A stretch of 64,000 bases of DNA, from the NCBI GenBank assembly GCA_021734505.1, contig JAIPIT010000001.1:1693-65692 (forward strand). Reading direction: 5' to 3'. Origin of the DNA: Fidelibacterota bacterium (lineage in GTDB: Bacteria; Fidelibacterota; Fidelibacteria; Fidelibacterales; Fidelibacteraceae). The notes under the pieces were generated by a model, which saw only the letters and a list, made by a program, of their open reading frames with translations, searched no databases and was not told the DNA's origin. Each line of letters starts with the position of its first letter. The first letter of the stretch is position 1. The position numbers were made by a program, and so were the translations under genes. Positions 19,017 to 27,590 of the stretch are shown piece by piece.

Positions 19017-19856
19017 TTATTGATTGACCACAGCGACAAAGATATCGGATACACTTGGAACGGCGATGATTGCATCTGATAATTTAATATCACCTTCAAT
19101 CAGTCCGCGGACCTTCCCAAGAGAACGGCTTGTCGCTTTAGGGTTAAACGCCATCAAGTCTTGCTCACGGTCTGCGGAAACTTCAACAATGGACCAGTCC
19201 TTTTTTAATTTATCCACTGTTTCATGTAACTTAACTCGTCCGTGATCAATGAAGATAACATCATGGAGAATGTTTTCCACTTCGTCGACCTGATGAGTTG
19301 AAATGATCACAGTTTTAGTCTCGTCAAAGAACTCGCCAAGAAGCAGATCGTAGAATTCCTTGCGGAAAACGATATCCAAACCAAGAGTTGGTTCATCCAG
19401 AAGAAGAATATCAACATCTTTTGCCAGGGTTAACATAAGATAAAGTTTTGTTTTCATTCCCTTGGAAAGCGTTTTGACTTTTTGCTTGCGGGGAAGTTCG
19501 CTTTTCGCAAAAAGGCGCTCGGCTTTTTCCGCATTCCATGTTGGATTCATGCCTGCGGCATAATCCATGGTTTGTTGTACTGTTAAGCGTGGATCCAAAC
19601 CACTTACGTCCGGAATATAAGCGACCCGCGTATGAAGATCATATTTCCACTCTTTGACCGATTTCCCAAAGAACGCTATATCACCCTCATAGCGCAAAAA
19701 ATCAAGGAGGCATTTCAGAAATGTTGATTTTCCCGCCCCGTTTTTGCCCAATAGGCCAACTATTCGACCACGGGGAACCCGAAGATCAACATTTTCGAGC
19801 GCGCGTACCTGCTTATAGTCTTTTGTTAGCCCTTGAACGCTAATAACATGTTCCAT
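19017..19856 (-). CDS. ABC transporter ATP-binding protein
   Basis: Walker A GKNGAGKST, signature LSKGMKTK, Walker B LLLDEPTLGLD; AAGGAAA RBS. Confidence 0.9.
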   Translation of the reverse strand: MEHVISVQGLTKDYKQVRALENVDLRVPRGRIVGLLGKNGAGKSTFLKCLLDFLRYEGDIAFFGKSVKEWKYDLHTRVAYIPDVSGLDPRLTVQQTMDYAAGMNPTWNAEKAERLFAKSELPRKQKVKTLSKGMKTKLYLMLTLAKDVDILLLDEPTLGLDIVFRKEFYDLLLGEFFDETKTVIISTHQVDEVENILHDVIFIDHGRVKLHETVDKLKKDWSIVEVSADREQDLMAFNPKATSRSLGKVRGLIEGDIKLSDAIIAVPSVSDIFVAVVNQ

Positions 19857-19929
19857 AAAAATTTCCTTATTTTTGATTTAATCACTTTTCAATTTATATC
19901 TTTAATAACCTAAGTCTTGATTCTTTTTC

Positions 19930-20022
19930 TTAATATTTGTTGTCCACCCCTGGAAACATTTTCCGGATCAGTCTACTGTCGCGTTCGCGATTAAAAATAA
20001 TCGTTTTTGTTTTTGATAACAT
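19930..20022 (-). CDS. Micro-ORF P4, 30 aa: MLSKTKTIIFNRERDSRLIRKMFPGVDNKY; possible divergent member of the P1-P3 family
   Basis: ATG at 20022 and TAA at 19932-19930. Same size, basic character and position as P1-P3, with only weak similarity (LIRK versus SIRIIK). Confidence 0.35.
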   Translation of the reverse strand: MLSKTKTIIFNRERDSRLIRKMFPGVDNKY

Positions 20023-20031
20023 CTGATGATC

Positions 20032-20124
20032 CTACTTCACCGTTTTGATGATGCGGATCGACATTGCATTAACATAAGACATCGTTCTGCAATGTTGTTT
20101 CATCATTCCGCATTTACTAAACAT
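20032..20124 (-). CDS. Micro-ORF P3, 30 aa: MFSKCGMMKQHCRTMSYVNAMSIRIIKTVK
   Basis: AAGGATGG RBS; ATG at 20124; TAG at 20034-20032. Shares MFS... and the SYVxAMSIRI(I/V)K core with P1 and P2, differing mostly at third codon positions. Confidence 0.6.
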   Translation of the reverse strand: MFSKCGMMKQHCRTMSYVNAMSIRIIKTVK

Positions 20125-20160
20125 GGTTTCCATCCTTTTCTTTATGGATCGCTTGATCGC

Positions 20161-20250
20161 TTAGCTGACCGACTTAACGATCCGGATTGACATGGCCCGT
20201 ACATAGGACATGGAGTTGCTATGGCGTCTAATTAGATTGTTGCTAAACAT
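20161..20250 (-). CDS. Micro-ORF P2, 29 aa: MFSNNLIRRHSNSMSYVRAMSIRIVKSVS
   Basis: Purine-rich RBS (AAAGGGAAG); ATG at 20250; TAA at 20163-20161; paralogous to P1 and P3. Confidence 0.6.
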   Translation of the reverse strand: MFSNNLIRRHSNSMSYVRAMSIRIVKSVS

Positions 20251-20276
20251 TGTTCTTCCCTTTCAGTTATTGCCTG

Positions 20277-20302
20277 CCCTCCGAAGCTTTAGCGAAGGAG
20301 GG
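20277..20302 (+). repeat. Conserved-loop hairpin repeat: CCCTCC-GAAGCTTTAGCGAA-GGAGGG
   Basis: Perfect 6-bp stem and the family loop; sits in the spacer between micro-ORFs P1 and P2. Confidence 0.65.
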
Positions 20303-20344
20303 TCTCTTAAATCTTCTCTGTTTACCTTTCAGGCCATCCTGCCC

Positions 20345-20434
20345 TTATCGGGCAGCTTTGATGACACCGATTGACATTGCACGCACGTAGAGTAATGTGC
20401 TGTTGCGACGAGTTCTCAGTGTGTTCATAAACAT
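20345..20434 (-). CDS. Micro-ORF P1, 29 aa: MFMNTLRTRRNSTLLYVRAMSIGVIKAAR
   Basis: AGGAGA RBS 6 nt upstream of the ATG at 20434, only 24 nt after the gntR stop. The stop TAA (20347-20345) lies in the loop of hairpin CTGCCC/GGGCAG (20339-20355). Confidence 0.6.
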   Translation of the reverse strand: MFMNTLRTRRNSTLLYVRAMSIGVIKAAR

Positions 20435-20458
20435 GGTATTTCTCCTAAAATTTATTTC

Positions 20459-20827
20459 TTATTTGTTAAAATTCTTTTCGATCATTTTGCAAAGTTCATC
20501 TTGGCTAAAATTCAACATCTTGGCCTGCCTGATCATGTCCGGAACGGTGACGTCTTCAAATTGAATAACACCGGATTCTTTTAAAACATCCTGAGCGGGA
20601 TCGGTTACATAATAACCTTGTCCACGCCGTTTTTCAAGAAGTCCCTCGTTGACAAGAAGCTGTGTGGCGTTTAATACTGTTTGAGGGTTCAGGCGGTACT
20701 CGGCAGACATCTGACGAACGGAGGGGATAGCTTCTCCGCCCTTCATGGCGCCGGACATGATCGACTCTCTTACGAGATCGGCCAGTTGGAGGTATATAGC
20801 TTTTGAACTGTCGAAGTTGGTACTCAT
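20459..20827 (-). CDS. GntR-family transcriptional regulator, YtrA-like short subfamily
   Basis: The wHTH AIPSVRQMSAEYRLNPQTVLNATQLLVNEGLLEKRRGQGYYV followed by a short C-terminal domain. Start set at MSTNFDSS. Confidence 0.85.
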   Translation of the reverse strand: MSTNFDSSKAIYLQLADLVRESIMSGAMKGGEAIPSVRQMSAEYRLNPQTVLNATQLLVNEGLLEKRRGQGYYVTDPAQDVLKESGVIQFEDVTVPDMIRQAKMLNFSQDELCKMIEKNFNK

Positions 20828-20867
20828 TGTCGTTCTCTTTTTGTTTCGTTTCTCACACCAGTATTCC

Positions 20868-20890
20868 AGTGTTCTACATAAGTATAACAC
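20868..20890. promoter_or_regulatory. Candidate GntR/YtrA operator: AGTGTTCTACATAAGTATAACAC (GTGTT-N-AACAC inverted repeat)
   Basis: Imperfect palindrome 41 nt upstream of the gntR start. A near-identical second copy lies at 21024-21045. Confidence 0.4.
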
Positions 20891-21023
20891 CATTACAGCA
20901 AACATGCAAGAAAAAAATGCAAATTTTTTTAAATATTTTAAGAAATTAACCCAATATCCTTTATTTATGCAGAATAAAAGGTGCGTAAATATATTATAAA
21001 AAACGTGCTTTTAGTAAAAAACA

Positions 21024-21045
21024 AGTGTTCTATATGGTGTAACAC
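21024..21045. promoter_or_regulatory. Second copy of the candidate operator: AGTGTTCTATATGGTGTAACAC
   Basis: Same GTGTT...AACAC half-sites as 20868-20890. Confidence 0.35.
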
Positions 21046-21446
21046 GCCGGTATATGGGCCGATAAACGGCAAATTATTTATAGAAAATCGGAAATAATAT
21101 TTTCCGTACAGACTCATAATCTTTACACTTCTCATTCTTATTTTCTTCAGAGCCCAGCCCCCTAAACCCCTAAACCATATTTCCTCGTAAACAGATCTCT
21201 TCGCTCCGCCATCTGCGGTGACCTTGGTCGGGATGGCAGACTATTTTATTTCTAAAACCGGATACCATAAACACTAACTTTACAACAACATATAGTATCT
21301 CTACAAAGGTGAGAATACCATAAAATGTATATCCATTCATTAACAGGCATTTATACCCAATTATGCACAAAAAAACATTGCTTTTCAGCAATTTATGCCA
21401 CATATTTCAGGGCTTTGTCTGAATATATGTGTTAAAGGAGAACAAG

Positions 21447-21590
21447 TTGAAAGAAACATATAATCCAAGTAATAGAAAACGGAAGAACAAACACGGTTTT
21501 CGTAAACGTATGGAATCTGCGGCTGGGCGCGCAATTCTGGCACGTAGAAGAAAAAAAGGACGGAAACGGTTGACTGTTTCTGATGAATGA
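21447..21590 (+). CDS. rpmH: 50S ribosomal protein L34
   Basis: TTG start after an AAAGGAG RBS. Translation (M)[46 protein letters not shown] matches the L34 consensus. Absent from the ORF track because it is under 60 aa. Confidence 0.9.
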   Translation: MKETYNPSNRKRKNKHGFRKRMESAAGRAILARRRKKGRKRLTVSDE

Positions 21591-21916
21591 GATCATTACT
21601 GAAGAAATCTGAGATCTTGAGAGAAAAAAGCGAGATCTCAAGCTTATTTGACAACGGGGAATGGAACAAGGGACGCTTTGTGAACATAGTATCCCAACCG
21701 GCAGAAAACCGTCGTGTTCTGTTTGCCATTGCGCGCCATTTAAAAGGCGCGGTTGTACGAAACAGAGGGAAACGTTACCTAAGGGAATGCTATCGCAACA
21801 ATAAGGAATGGTTTTCCTCTTTGTGTATATATGGATTAATTTTAAAAAATATGCCCCGCCACCATCCGGTGGATGCGATAAGGGCTGATCTGCAAGCACT
21901 GCTAAAAAATGATTAA
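21587..21916 (+). CDS. rnpA: Ribonuclease P protein component
   Basis: 109 aa basic protein ([12 protein letters not shown]), overlapping the rpmH stop, in the conserved rpmH-rnpA-yidD-yidC order. Confidence 0.8.
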   Translation: MRSLLKKSEILREKSEISSLFDNGEWNKGRFVNIVSQPAENRRVLFAIARHLKGAVVRNRGKRYLRECYRNNKEWFSSLCIYGLILKNMPRHHPVDAIRADLQALLKND

Positions 21917-22139
21917 GAAAATATTTCTCGCACTTGTCCGCTTTTATCAACGAGCTATATCGCCGTATACTGCACGCTCTTGCCGGTTTTATCCCACTTG
22001 TTCACAGTATACGTATGAAGCGATCCAGGAATTCGGAGCTTTAAAGGGCTTCTGGCTCGGACTAAAGCGACTTTCGAAGTGCCATCCCTTTCATCCGGGC
22101 GGCTACGACCCCGTTCATCATAAACATGACCACCAATAA
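21909..22139 (+). CDS. yidD: Membrane protein insertion efficiency factor YidD
   Basis: FYQRAISPY...[15 protein letters not shown]...[19 protein letters not shown]. Confidence 0.9.
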   Translation: MIKKIFLALVRFYQRAISPYTARSCRFYPTCSQYTYEAIQEFGALKGFWLGLKRLSKCHPFHPGGYDPVHHKHDHQ

Positions 22140-22150
22140 AGGAGATCATT

Positions 22151-23914
22151 TTGGATAGAAAAACTATAATAGCTTTTGTTGTGATCGGTATCATAATTAT
22201 TCTGATGCCATACTATCAAAAGATCTTTAACCCTGTGGACGAAACAGCAGTTGTTCAACAAGAAACAACCACGGCAATTCAACAAGAAGTCCCCACTCAA
22301 ACACCACCGCCCGACTATGTTCGCCCGCAAGTCAGTATTGAAACACGAGACCTAAATGTTAATGCCAAAGATGTGGTTATTGTCAATGATAAATTTGCAA
22401 TGCGTTTGTCGAATCTTGGCGGTGGTACTATTCGTGAATATGAATTGTTTGCTTATTCAGACAAAGATGGGAATCGTGTCCGACTGCTTCTGCCGGAAGC
22501 CGATGCAAACCTGAATATTGAATATACCAACTTATATCAGGATGTTTCCAACCTTGAGTACATTGCTTTCGATTGTCCACGCCTAGAGCGTTTAACAGAT
22601 GGAGACACCCTCTTGATCGAAGGTGAGACCACACTTTCGTATTCGGCATTGCCCCCGGATGGTATAAAAATTGAAAAAACGTTCACTTTTTATCCGGATC
22701 GCTATGATTTCCGGCTTGATGTCGCACTGGCGGATTACATGCAAAAAATGGCTGGACTTCGATACTCTTTGAATTGGAAAGATGGCTTTGCGTTAACGGA
22801 AGAAAATGTTGTTGACGATATCATGTATACAGGTGTTTTTGCCATGATGGGAGAAGAGTTGGTAAAACTTGAATCCCGCAAGGCGAAAAGCGGTGAGGGC
22901 ACGACACTGAATACCGACGGTCAGACAAATTGGCTGGCATTTAAATCAAAATATTTTACAGGGTTTATCGCCCCCATAGAAAGCAAGGGCATTCGTTCCG
23001 AGCTGATGCTTACAAAGGATAAAGATACACGCGATTTCTCCGCAGCAATAGATATGGGTTTAACAAAATCCAACTATCAACAGGATTCTTATATGATCGG
23101 TCTTGTACCGGCTGAAAAGAAACTCCTAAAATCTTATGGTATGGATCTGGATAAGACCATGAACTGGGGCGGACCGATCATTAAGCCTTTTTCAATCGGC
23201 CTGCATTGGTTGATGGCTTTTCTCTATGGATTGATCCCGAATTACGGTGTGGTTATTTTATTGATGTCCCTTATCGTCAAACTCATAACCTATCCCCTTA
23301 CCCATAAATCATATTCTTCAATGAAGCGCATGCAATTGGTACAGCCCAAGATCAAAGAATTGCAGGAAAAATATAAAAACAACAAAGAAGTTCTTCAGCA
23401 AAAAACAATGGCACTTTATAAAGAAGAAAAGGTCAACCCCATGGGTGGCTGTCTGCCGATGTTATTACAGCTTCCTGTTTTGTACGGACTGTTCATTATT
23501 TTCCGTACGGCTATAGAATTGCGCGGTGCACCTTTTATGCTTTGGATGAAAGATCTTTCAGCTCCCGATGCACTTTTTAGTTTTGGCGCAAACATTCCTC
23601 TTCTGGGAACAGATTTTAATATTCTTCCTATCCTGATGACCGTTTTGATGGTTGTCCAGCAGAAACTATCAGGTACGGGTGCCGGTGGAACCGACCAGCA
23701 GGCACAGCAGCAAAAAATGATGCAGTGGCTCATGCCGGCAATGATGTTCTTCCTCTTCTACAAATTCCCGTCAGGCTTGGTTCTTTACTATCTGACATTT
23801 AATGCACTGACTATCTTACAACAGAAGTACGTCATCAACAAAAAAGTTGAAAAGGATTTTACTGCGACCCATCCGAAAGTCGGCGTTACCGTAAAGTCAA
23901 AGAAGAAAAAATAA
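22151..23914 (+). CDS. yidC: Membrane protein insertase YidC
   Basis: Large periplasmic domain plus the 60 kDa IMP core (GVVILLMSLIVKLITYPLT, NPMGGCLPMLLQLPVLYGLF, PSGLVLYY). Confidence 0.9.
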   Translation: MDRKTIIAFVVIGIIIILMPYYQKIFNPVDETAVVQQETTTAIQQEVPTQTPPPDYVRPQVSIETRDLNVNAKDVVIVNDKFAMRLSNLGGGTIREYELFAYSDKDGNRVRLLLPEADANLNIEYTNLYQDVSNLEYIAFDCPRLERLTDGDTLLIEGETTLSYSALPPDGIKIEKTFTFYPDRYDFRLDVALADYMQKMAGLRYSLNWKDGFALTEENVVDDIMYTGVFAMMGEELVKLESRKAKSGEGTTLNTDGQTNWLAFKSKYFTGFIAPIESKGIRSELMLTKDKDTRDFSAAIDMGLTKSNYQQDSYMIGLVPAEKKLLKSYGMDLDKTMNWGGPIIKPFSIGLHWLMAFLYGLIPNYGVVILLMSLIVKLITYPLTHKSYSSMKRMQLVQPKIKELQEKYKNNKEVLQQKTMALYKEEKVNPMGGCLPMLLQLPVLYGLFIIFRTAIELRGAPFMLWMKDLSAPDALFSFGANIPLLGTDFNILPILMTVLMVVQQKLSGTGAGGTDQQAQQQKMMQWLMPAMMFFLFYKFPSGLVLYYLTFNALTILQQKYVINKKVEKDFTATHPKVGVTVKSKKKK

Positions 23915-23935
23915 AAACACAGATCACATAAAAAA

Positions 23936-23962
23936 ACAGCGGTCATTGACCGCTGTTTTTGC
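23936..23962 (+). terminator. Intrinsic terminator after yidC
   Basis: ACAGCGGTC-ATT-GACCGCTGT stem-loop followed by TTTTT. Confidence 0.8.
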
Positions 23963-24012
23963 TATATGAAAAAAAATGTAAGGAACAGGCATGCTTATTC
24001 CCTACATATGGT

Positions 24013-25170
24013 TCATATACACATCTCATACAACGTAACAATTTCCCTTTTCCCCATCGCCTTTGGCGCCCCGATCTGTCCGTGCTTGTTTCCCGCCGTT
24101 CTGAGAACGGAATCTGCGAGCTCGCTCAATTTATCGGCGGGGAGACCCATGTCGGAAAACATTAGGTCACGATCAATACTTTTCAGCCATGTTCGAAAAG
24201 CCATGATCGCATCATCGGCATTTTCTACAGACCAATCAAAAACTTTTCCAAAGGCGATGATCTTTTCAGAAAGCATATCCTTGAACATTTCCAGATATTT
24301 CGGGAAAAGCAATGCAAGTCCACGACCGTGCGAAATGTCATACATTCCGCTCAAAGCATGTTCTATGGAATGAATGGGGAAGGGACCTTCGCGCCCTGCA
24401 TCATTAATACCAACCAGCGCAACGGTAGAAGCCCAGGTAAATGTTGATCGGGCATCTTTATCTTTGGGGTCTTTTCTAAGTCGGTCTAGAGAATCAACGA
24501 CACTTTTGACAAGCGCCAGAGTTATCCCGTCATTTAAAACCGCATTTTCTCCCGAAGAAAAATAGGCTTCGGTGGAATGGGTGATAATGTCAACCGCGCC
24601 ATCATAAAAATATTCAACCGGAACGGAAGTTGTTAATTCGGGATCAATAATTGATACAACGGGGCGGGCTCCATAGCAAACGAATGCGCTTTTATCCATT
24701 GTTTCATCATTTGAAACAACACCGTAGGCATTGCCTTCGGAACCGGTAGCGCTAAGAGTCGGGATGCAGATAACCGGAAGTGAATCATGAACCGTTTTGT
24801 GTCCGGCTGTATAATCCCAAATTGATCCATCGTTCTTTGCAACCACGGCTATGCCTTTCGCGGCGTCCATAGCAGAGCCGCCGCCCAGTCCGACAATTAG
24901 ATCAACATTCAAGTTCCTGGCCAGACGACCTCCCGCATTGATCATGGATACTCTAGGATTGGGCATAACTTTATCATACACATCGGCGCGTACGCCCGAT
25001 TCTTCAAGCTGGCTTAACAGATCGTCAAGATATCCATTCCGTACAACTGATCCGGATGAGCAAACGATCAGCACCTTGAGAGCATGTCGCCTGATCTCTT
25101 TGCCAGCGCGACGAAAAGTGCCGTACCCAAAAACGAACTTCGTTGGCATATGTAAAGTAAATTCATGCAT
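24013..25170 (-). CDS. Iron-containing alcohol dehydrogenase (group III; butanol dehydrogenase/YqhD-like)
   Basis: GLGGGSAMDAAKG motif, conserved His residues (HSIEHALSG), 385 aa. Confidence 0.8.
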   Translation of the reverse strand: MHEFTLHMPTKFVFGYGTFRRAGKEIRRHALKVLIVCSSGSVVRNGYLDDLLSQLEESGVRADVYDKVMPNPRVSMINAGGRLARNLNVDLIVGLGGGSAMDAAKGIAVVAKNDGSIWDYTAGHKTVHDSLPVICIPTLSATGSEGNAYGVVSNDETMDKSAFVCYGARPVVSIIDPELTTSVPVEYFYDGAVDIITHSTEAYFSSGENAVLNDGITLALVKSVVDSLDRLRKDPKDKDARSTFTWASTVALVGINDAGREGPFPIHSIEHALSGMYDISHGRGLALLFPKYLEMFKDMLSEKIIAFGKVFDWSVENADDAIMAFRTWLKSIDRDLMFSDMGLPADKLSELADSVLRTAGNKHGQIGAPKAMGKREIVTLYEMCI

Positions 25171-25345
25171 ATTGACTCCTGGTTTTTCTGGAATTTATAG
25201 AAATGATAAAACATTGAAAAGGTTTTATTGAATTCAATTATTGCAAAGACGCGACGCATCGCATCTCTACAATTTTACCTTTTGAATTTTGTCTTTGAGT
25301 TTAGATGTTGTAGATTACCGCGCATTAACAATATAAAGGAACGAC

Positions 25346-26032
25346 ATGTTCACACTCATTCCGGCATTTAAATACGGTTGGCAGGAAATGCAAAAAAAGC
25401 TTTGGGTATTTCTCTTATTGACGCTTTTAATATCAAGTGTCGATATAGGTGGAAATATCATTCTGAAAGACATGAACATCAGCGAGATCCTTACGATGGA
25501 AAACGCCATGAACATGCTTCCACCCAATTTTATGCTTTTAATGGGTCTCTTGATGCTTGTTATGGTGTGTATCAATTTCTTTGTAGTTACTTTCGTTCTT
25601 GCCGGTTTGCGCGGAATTCAACCTATGACCTATTTGCGCATGAAGATCAAACGCTTCCCCCTATATTTTGTCGCCATGCTTCTTAAATATTTGGCCATTG
25701 GAGCCGGATTGGCATTATTTATCATTCCGGGTCTCTTCCTTTTACTTGCTTTATATTTTGTCGAGTATCTTATTATTGACCGCGATATGTCCATTATTGA
25801 AGCTTTTAAAACAAGCTGGAATATGACCAAAGGATTTCGAACCGGAATATTCTTTTTTGAAGTAAATCTTTTCATTATTGGCTATATATTATCATTTCCT
25901 CAAAGTCTCTGGCCCGACACCACCCTTACTTATGCTATTCTTGTCCTGATCAACGTGGCATGGCTGCCGGTCTCCTGGAATGCGCAGGGGTGGATCTATC
26001 AATTTGTCTCTGAGGGCCAAATTGACAGATAA
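25346..26032 (+). CDS. Polytopic membrane protein, unknown function
   Basis: 228 aa with five or six hydrophobic helices; no motif recognised. Confidence 0.5.
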   Translation: MFTLIPAFKYGWQEMQKKLWVFLLLTLLISSVDIGGNIILKDMNISEILTMENAMNMLPPNFMLLMGLLMLVMVCINFFVVTFVLAGLRGIQPMTYLRMKIKRFPLYFVAMLLKYLAIGAGLALFIIPGLFLLLALYFVEYLIIDRDMSIIEAFKTSWNMTKGFRTGIFFFEVNLFIIGYILSFPQSLWPDTTLTYAILVLINVAWLPVSWNAQGWIYQFVSEGQIDR

Positions 26033-26060
26033 AGATTCAAGAGACAATATTCAATAACCA
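26033..26060 (+). repeat. A-rich heptamer array (AGATTCA AGAGACA ATATTCA ATAACCA) starting right after the stop codon
   Basis: Period-7 pattern read directly; it shares words with the arrays at 14668 and 17834. Confidence 0.5.
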
Positions 26061-26182
26061 ATTATTTCCGATCCAAAATTTCTGGCTTACGGCTTTTGTC
26101 CGGTTATTTTATATTGCTTTTTAAGAGCAATTGTGTAATTTTACTTATCAAGCAAATAAATATGATAACAAAGGGGTTTGTT

Positions 26183-27433
26183 ATGTTTTATTTCAGAAGA
26201 TCATTATTTACGTCTTTCTGTGTTTTGATTATCGTTATGTTCCTTTTTAGTTGTAGCAATAAAAGTCGAACATGGATCCAAACTCAAGAGTTATGGGCAA
26301 TTGATGCCCAAGAATACAAACGATTTGGAGGTGAATTGAGCATCAGCGGTGATTATCTTGTAACAGGTGCGCCAAATGATAATTTTAAAGGCACACTTGC
26401 CGGAGCGGCATATGTCTATACTCGCACAAAAAAGGGATGGGAGCATCAATCAAAGTTAACCGCTTCTGACGGAAGCGGCTATGATAACTTTGGCTCATCT
26501 GTTTCAATATCTGGTGATTTTATTGCCATTGGATCTCCCTGGAGCAGTAGTAAGACTGAATCGGGAGGCGCAGTCTATATTTACCACTATGATGATAATA
26601 GATGGCGGGAACAATCTATTCTTTCTCCGGAAGGAAACATTACAAACGACCATTTTGGCACAGGGGTGTCTTTAGATAGAGATCGATTGCTTATTAGCGC
26701 CCCTGGAGTAGATATGAACTTTGGCAATGAGGGTGCTGCGTATATCTATTTATTAAAGGAAGATGAATGGGTGTTGGAAGCCACTCTTAGCCCTGAAGAT
26801 TTAAGTTTTAACGATGAGTTTGGAAACTCGGTACATCTCTTCGGGGATCTTGCTATTATTGGAGTGAGCTCTCATGATGAAAATGAAAGAAATAGCGGGG
26901 CTGCATATATATTTCAACATAATGAAACAGGGTGGATCCAAACAGAGAAATTAACTGCCAGCGATCCGAAAATAATGGATTATTTTGGGGAAGAAGTCGC
27001 GATATCCCCAAAATATGCCGTGGTTGGCGTTCCCTATAAAGACTCAAGCAAGGAGCAAACCGGTGCAGCTTATATCTTCAAACATGAAGAAGAAGGATGG
27101 CGAGAAATCCAGAAATTAACTCTCGCCGATGCTAATGAAGAAGATTATTTCGGTAATTCGCTTGCATTAGAAGACAACTATCTGTTCATAAGCTGTCCGG
27201 GCGCCGATACAGATGAAATGGAAGACGTTGGAGCCGTCTATGTGTTTTCCAATATTGAGAATGAATGGGTGCAAACTCAAAAGATCATGTTAAACAATGC
27301 CGAAGAGGGAGATGTCTTTGGTGGCAGGCTTAGCATTACAAACCATACCGCGGTTATCAGTTCTTTTTGGAAAGACAATAAAGAATATTCGATTATCAAC
27401 GCGGGGGCGCTTTATATTTTTGAACTGAAATAA
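26183..27433 (+). CDS. FG-GAP-repeat (integrin-alpha-like beta-propeller) lipoprotein
   Basis: Lipobox LFSCS. Seven repeats of FGxSVxISGDxxxIGxP...GAAYIY. Start set at MFYFRR after an AAAGGGG RBS. Confidence 0.7.
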   Translation: MFYFRRSLFTSFCVLIIVMFLFSCSNKSRTWIQTQELWAIDAQEYKRFGGELSISGDYLVTGAPNDNFKGTLAGAAYVYTRTKKGWEHQSKLTASDGSGYDNFGSSVSISGDFIAIGSPWSSSKTESGGAVYIYHYDDNRWREQSILSPEGNITNDHFGTGVSLDRDRLLISAPGVDMNFGNEGAAYIYLLKEDEWVLEATLSPEDLSFNDEFGNSVHLFGDLAIIGVSSHDENERNSGAAYIFQHNETGWIQTEKLTASDPKIMDYFGEEVAISPKYAVVGVPYKDSSKEQTGAAYIFKHEEEGWREIQKLTLADANEEDYFGNSLALEDNYLFISCPGADTDEMEDVGAVYVFSNIENEWVQTQKIMLNNAEEGDVFGGRLSITNHTAVISSFWKDNKEYSIINAGALYIFELK

Positions 27434-27590
27434 AACGGCATATCACTAGAAATCAATTACCCGTTCAATATTTTCTATTTGGGAGGCTTGAATTCTATCT
27501 TCTCCTTTTATTTTCGAATTTTTTAAATTATAATACAAGGCACAGGGATTGACCCCAACCGACATTAATTACGGATAACAAGGAGCAACC

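Noticed and set aside
19930-20434. Alternative reading of the repeated units as plus-strand promoter-like DNA repeats, because each contains TTGACA/TCGACA followed by a TA-rich box.
   Set aside because: No plus-strand gene follows. The TTGACA hexamer is the reverse complement of the conserved codons for M-S-I. Variation among copies is concentrated at third codon positions of the minus-strand frame, and each unit has its own RBS, start and stop.
20906-21446. Replication origin or DnaA-box cluster upstream of rpmH, since rpmH-rnpA-yidD-yidC is often origin-proximal.
   Set aside because: I found no TTATCCACA/TGTGGATAA-type boxes by eye. dnaA and dnaN are not adjacent. The region instead holds the candidate GntR operators and a hairpin fragment. 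A proper DnaA-box or GC-skew scan would be needed.
21432-21950. 172-aa minus-strand ORF in the ORF track, and the overlapping 114-aa ORF at 21385-21729.
   Set aside because: They are antisense to rpmH, rnpA and the start of yidD, all of which have unmistakable family signatures and conserved gene order. The minus-strand translation is low-complexity and has no RBS.
23966-24373. 135-aa plus-strand ORF overlapping the alcohol dehydrogenase gene.
   Set aside because: It is antisense to a CDS with clear Fe-ADH motifs and lies downstream of the yidC terminator with no RBS.
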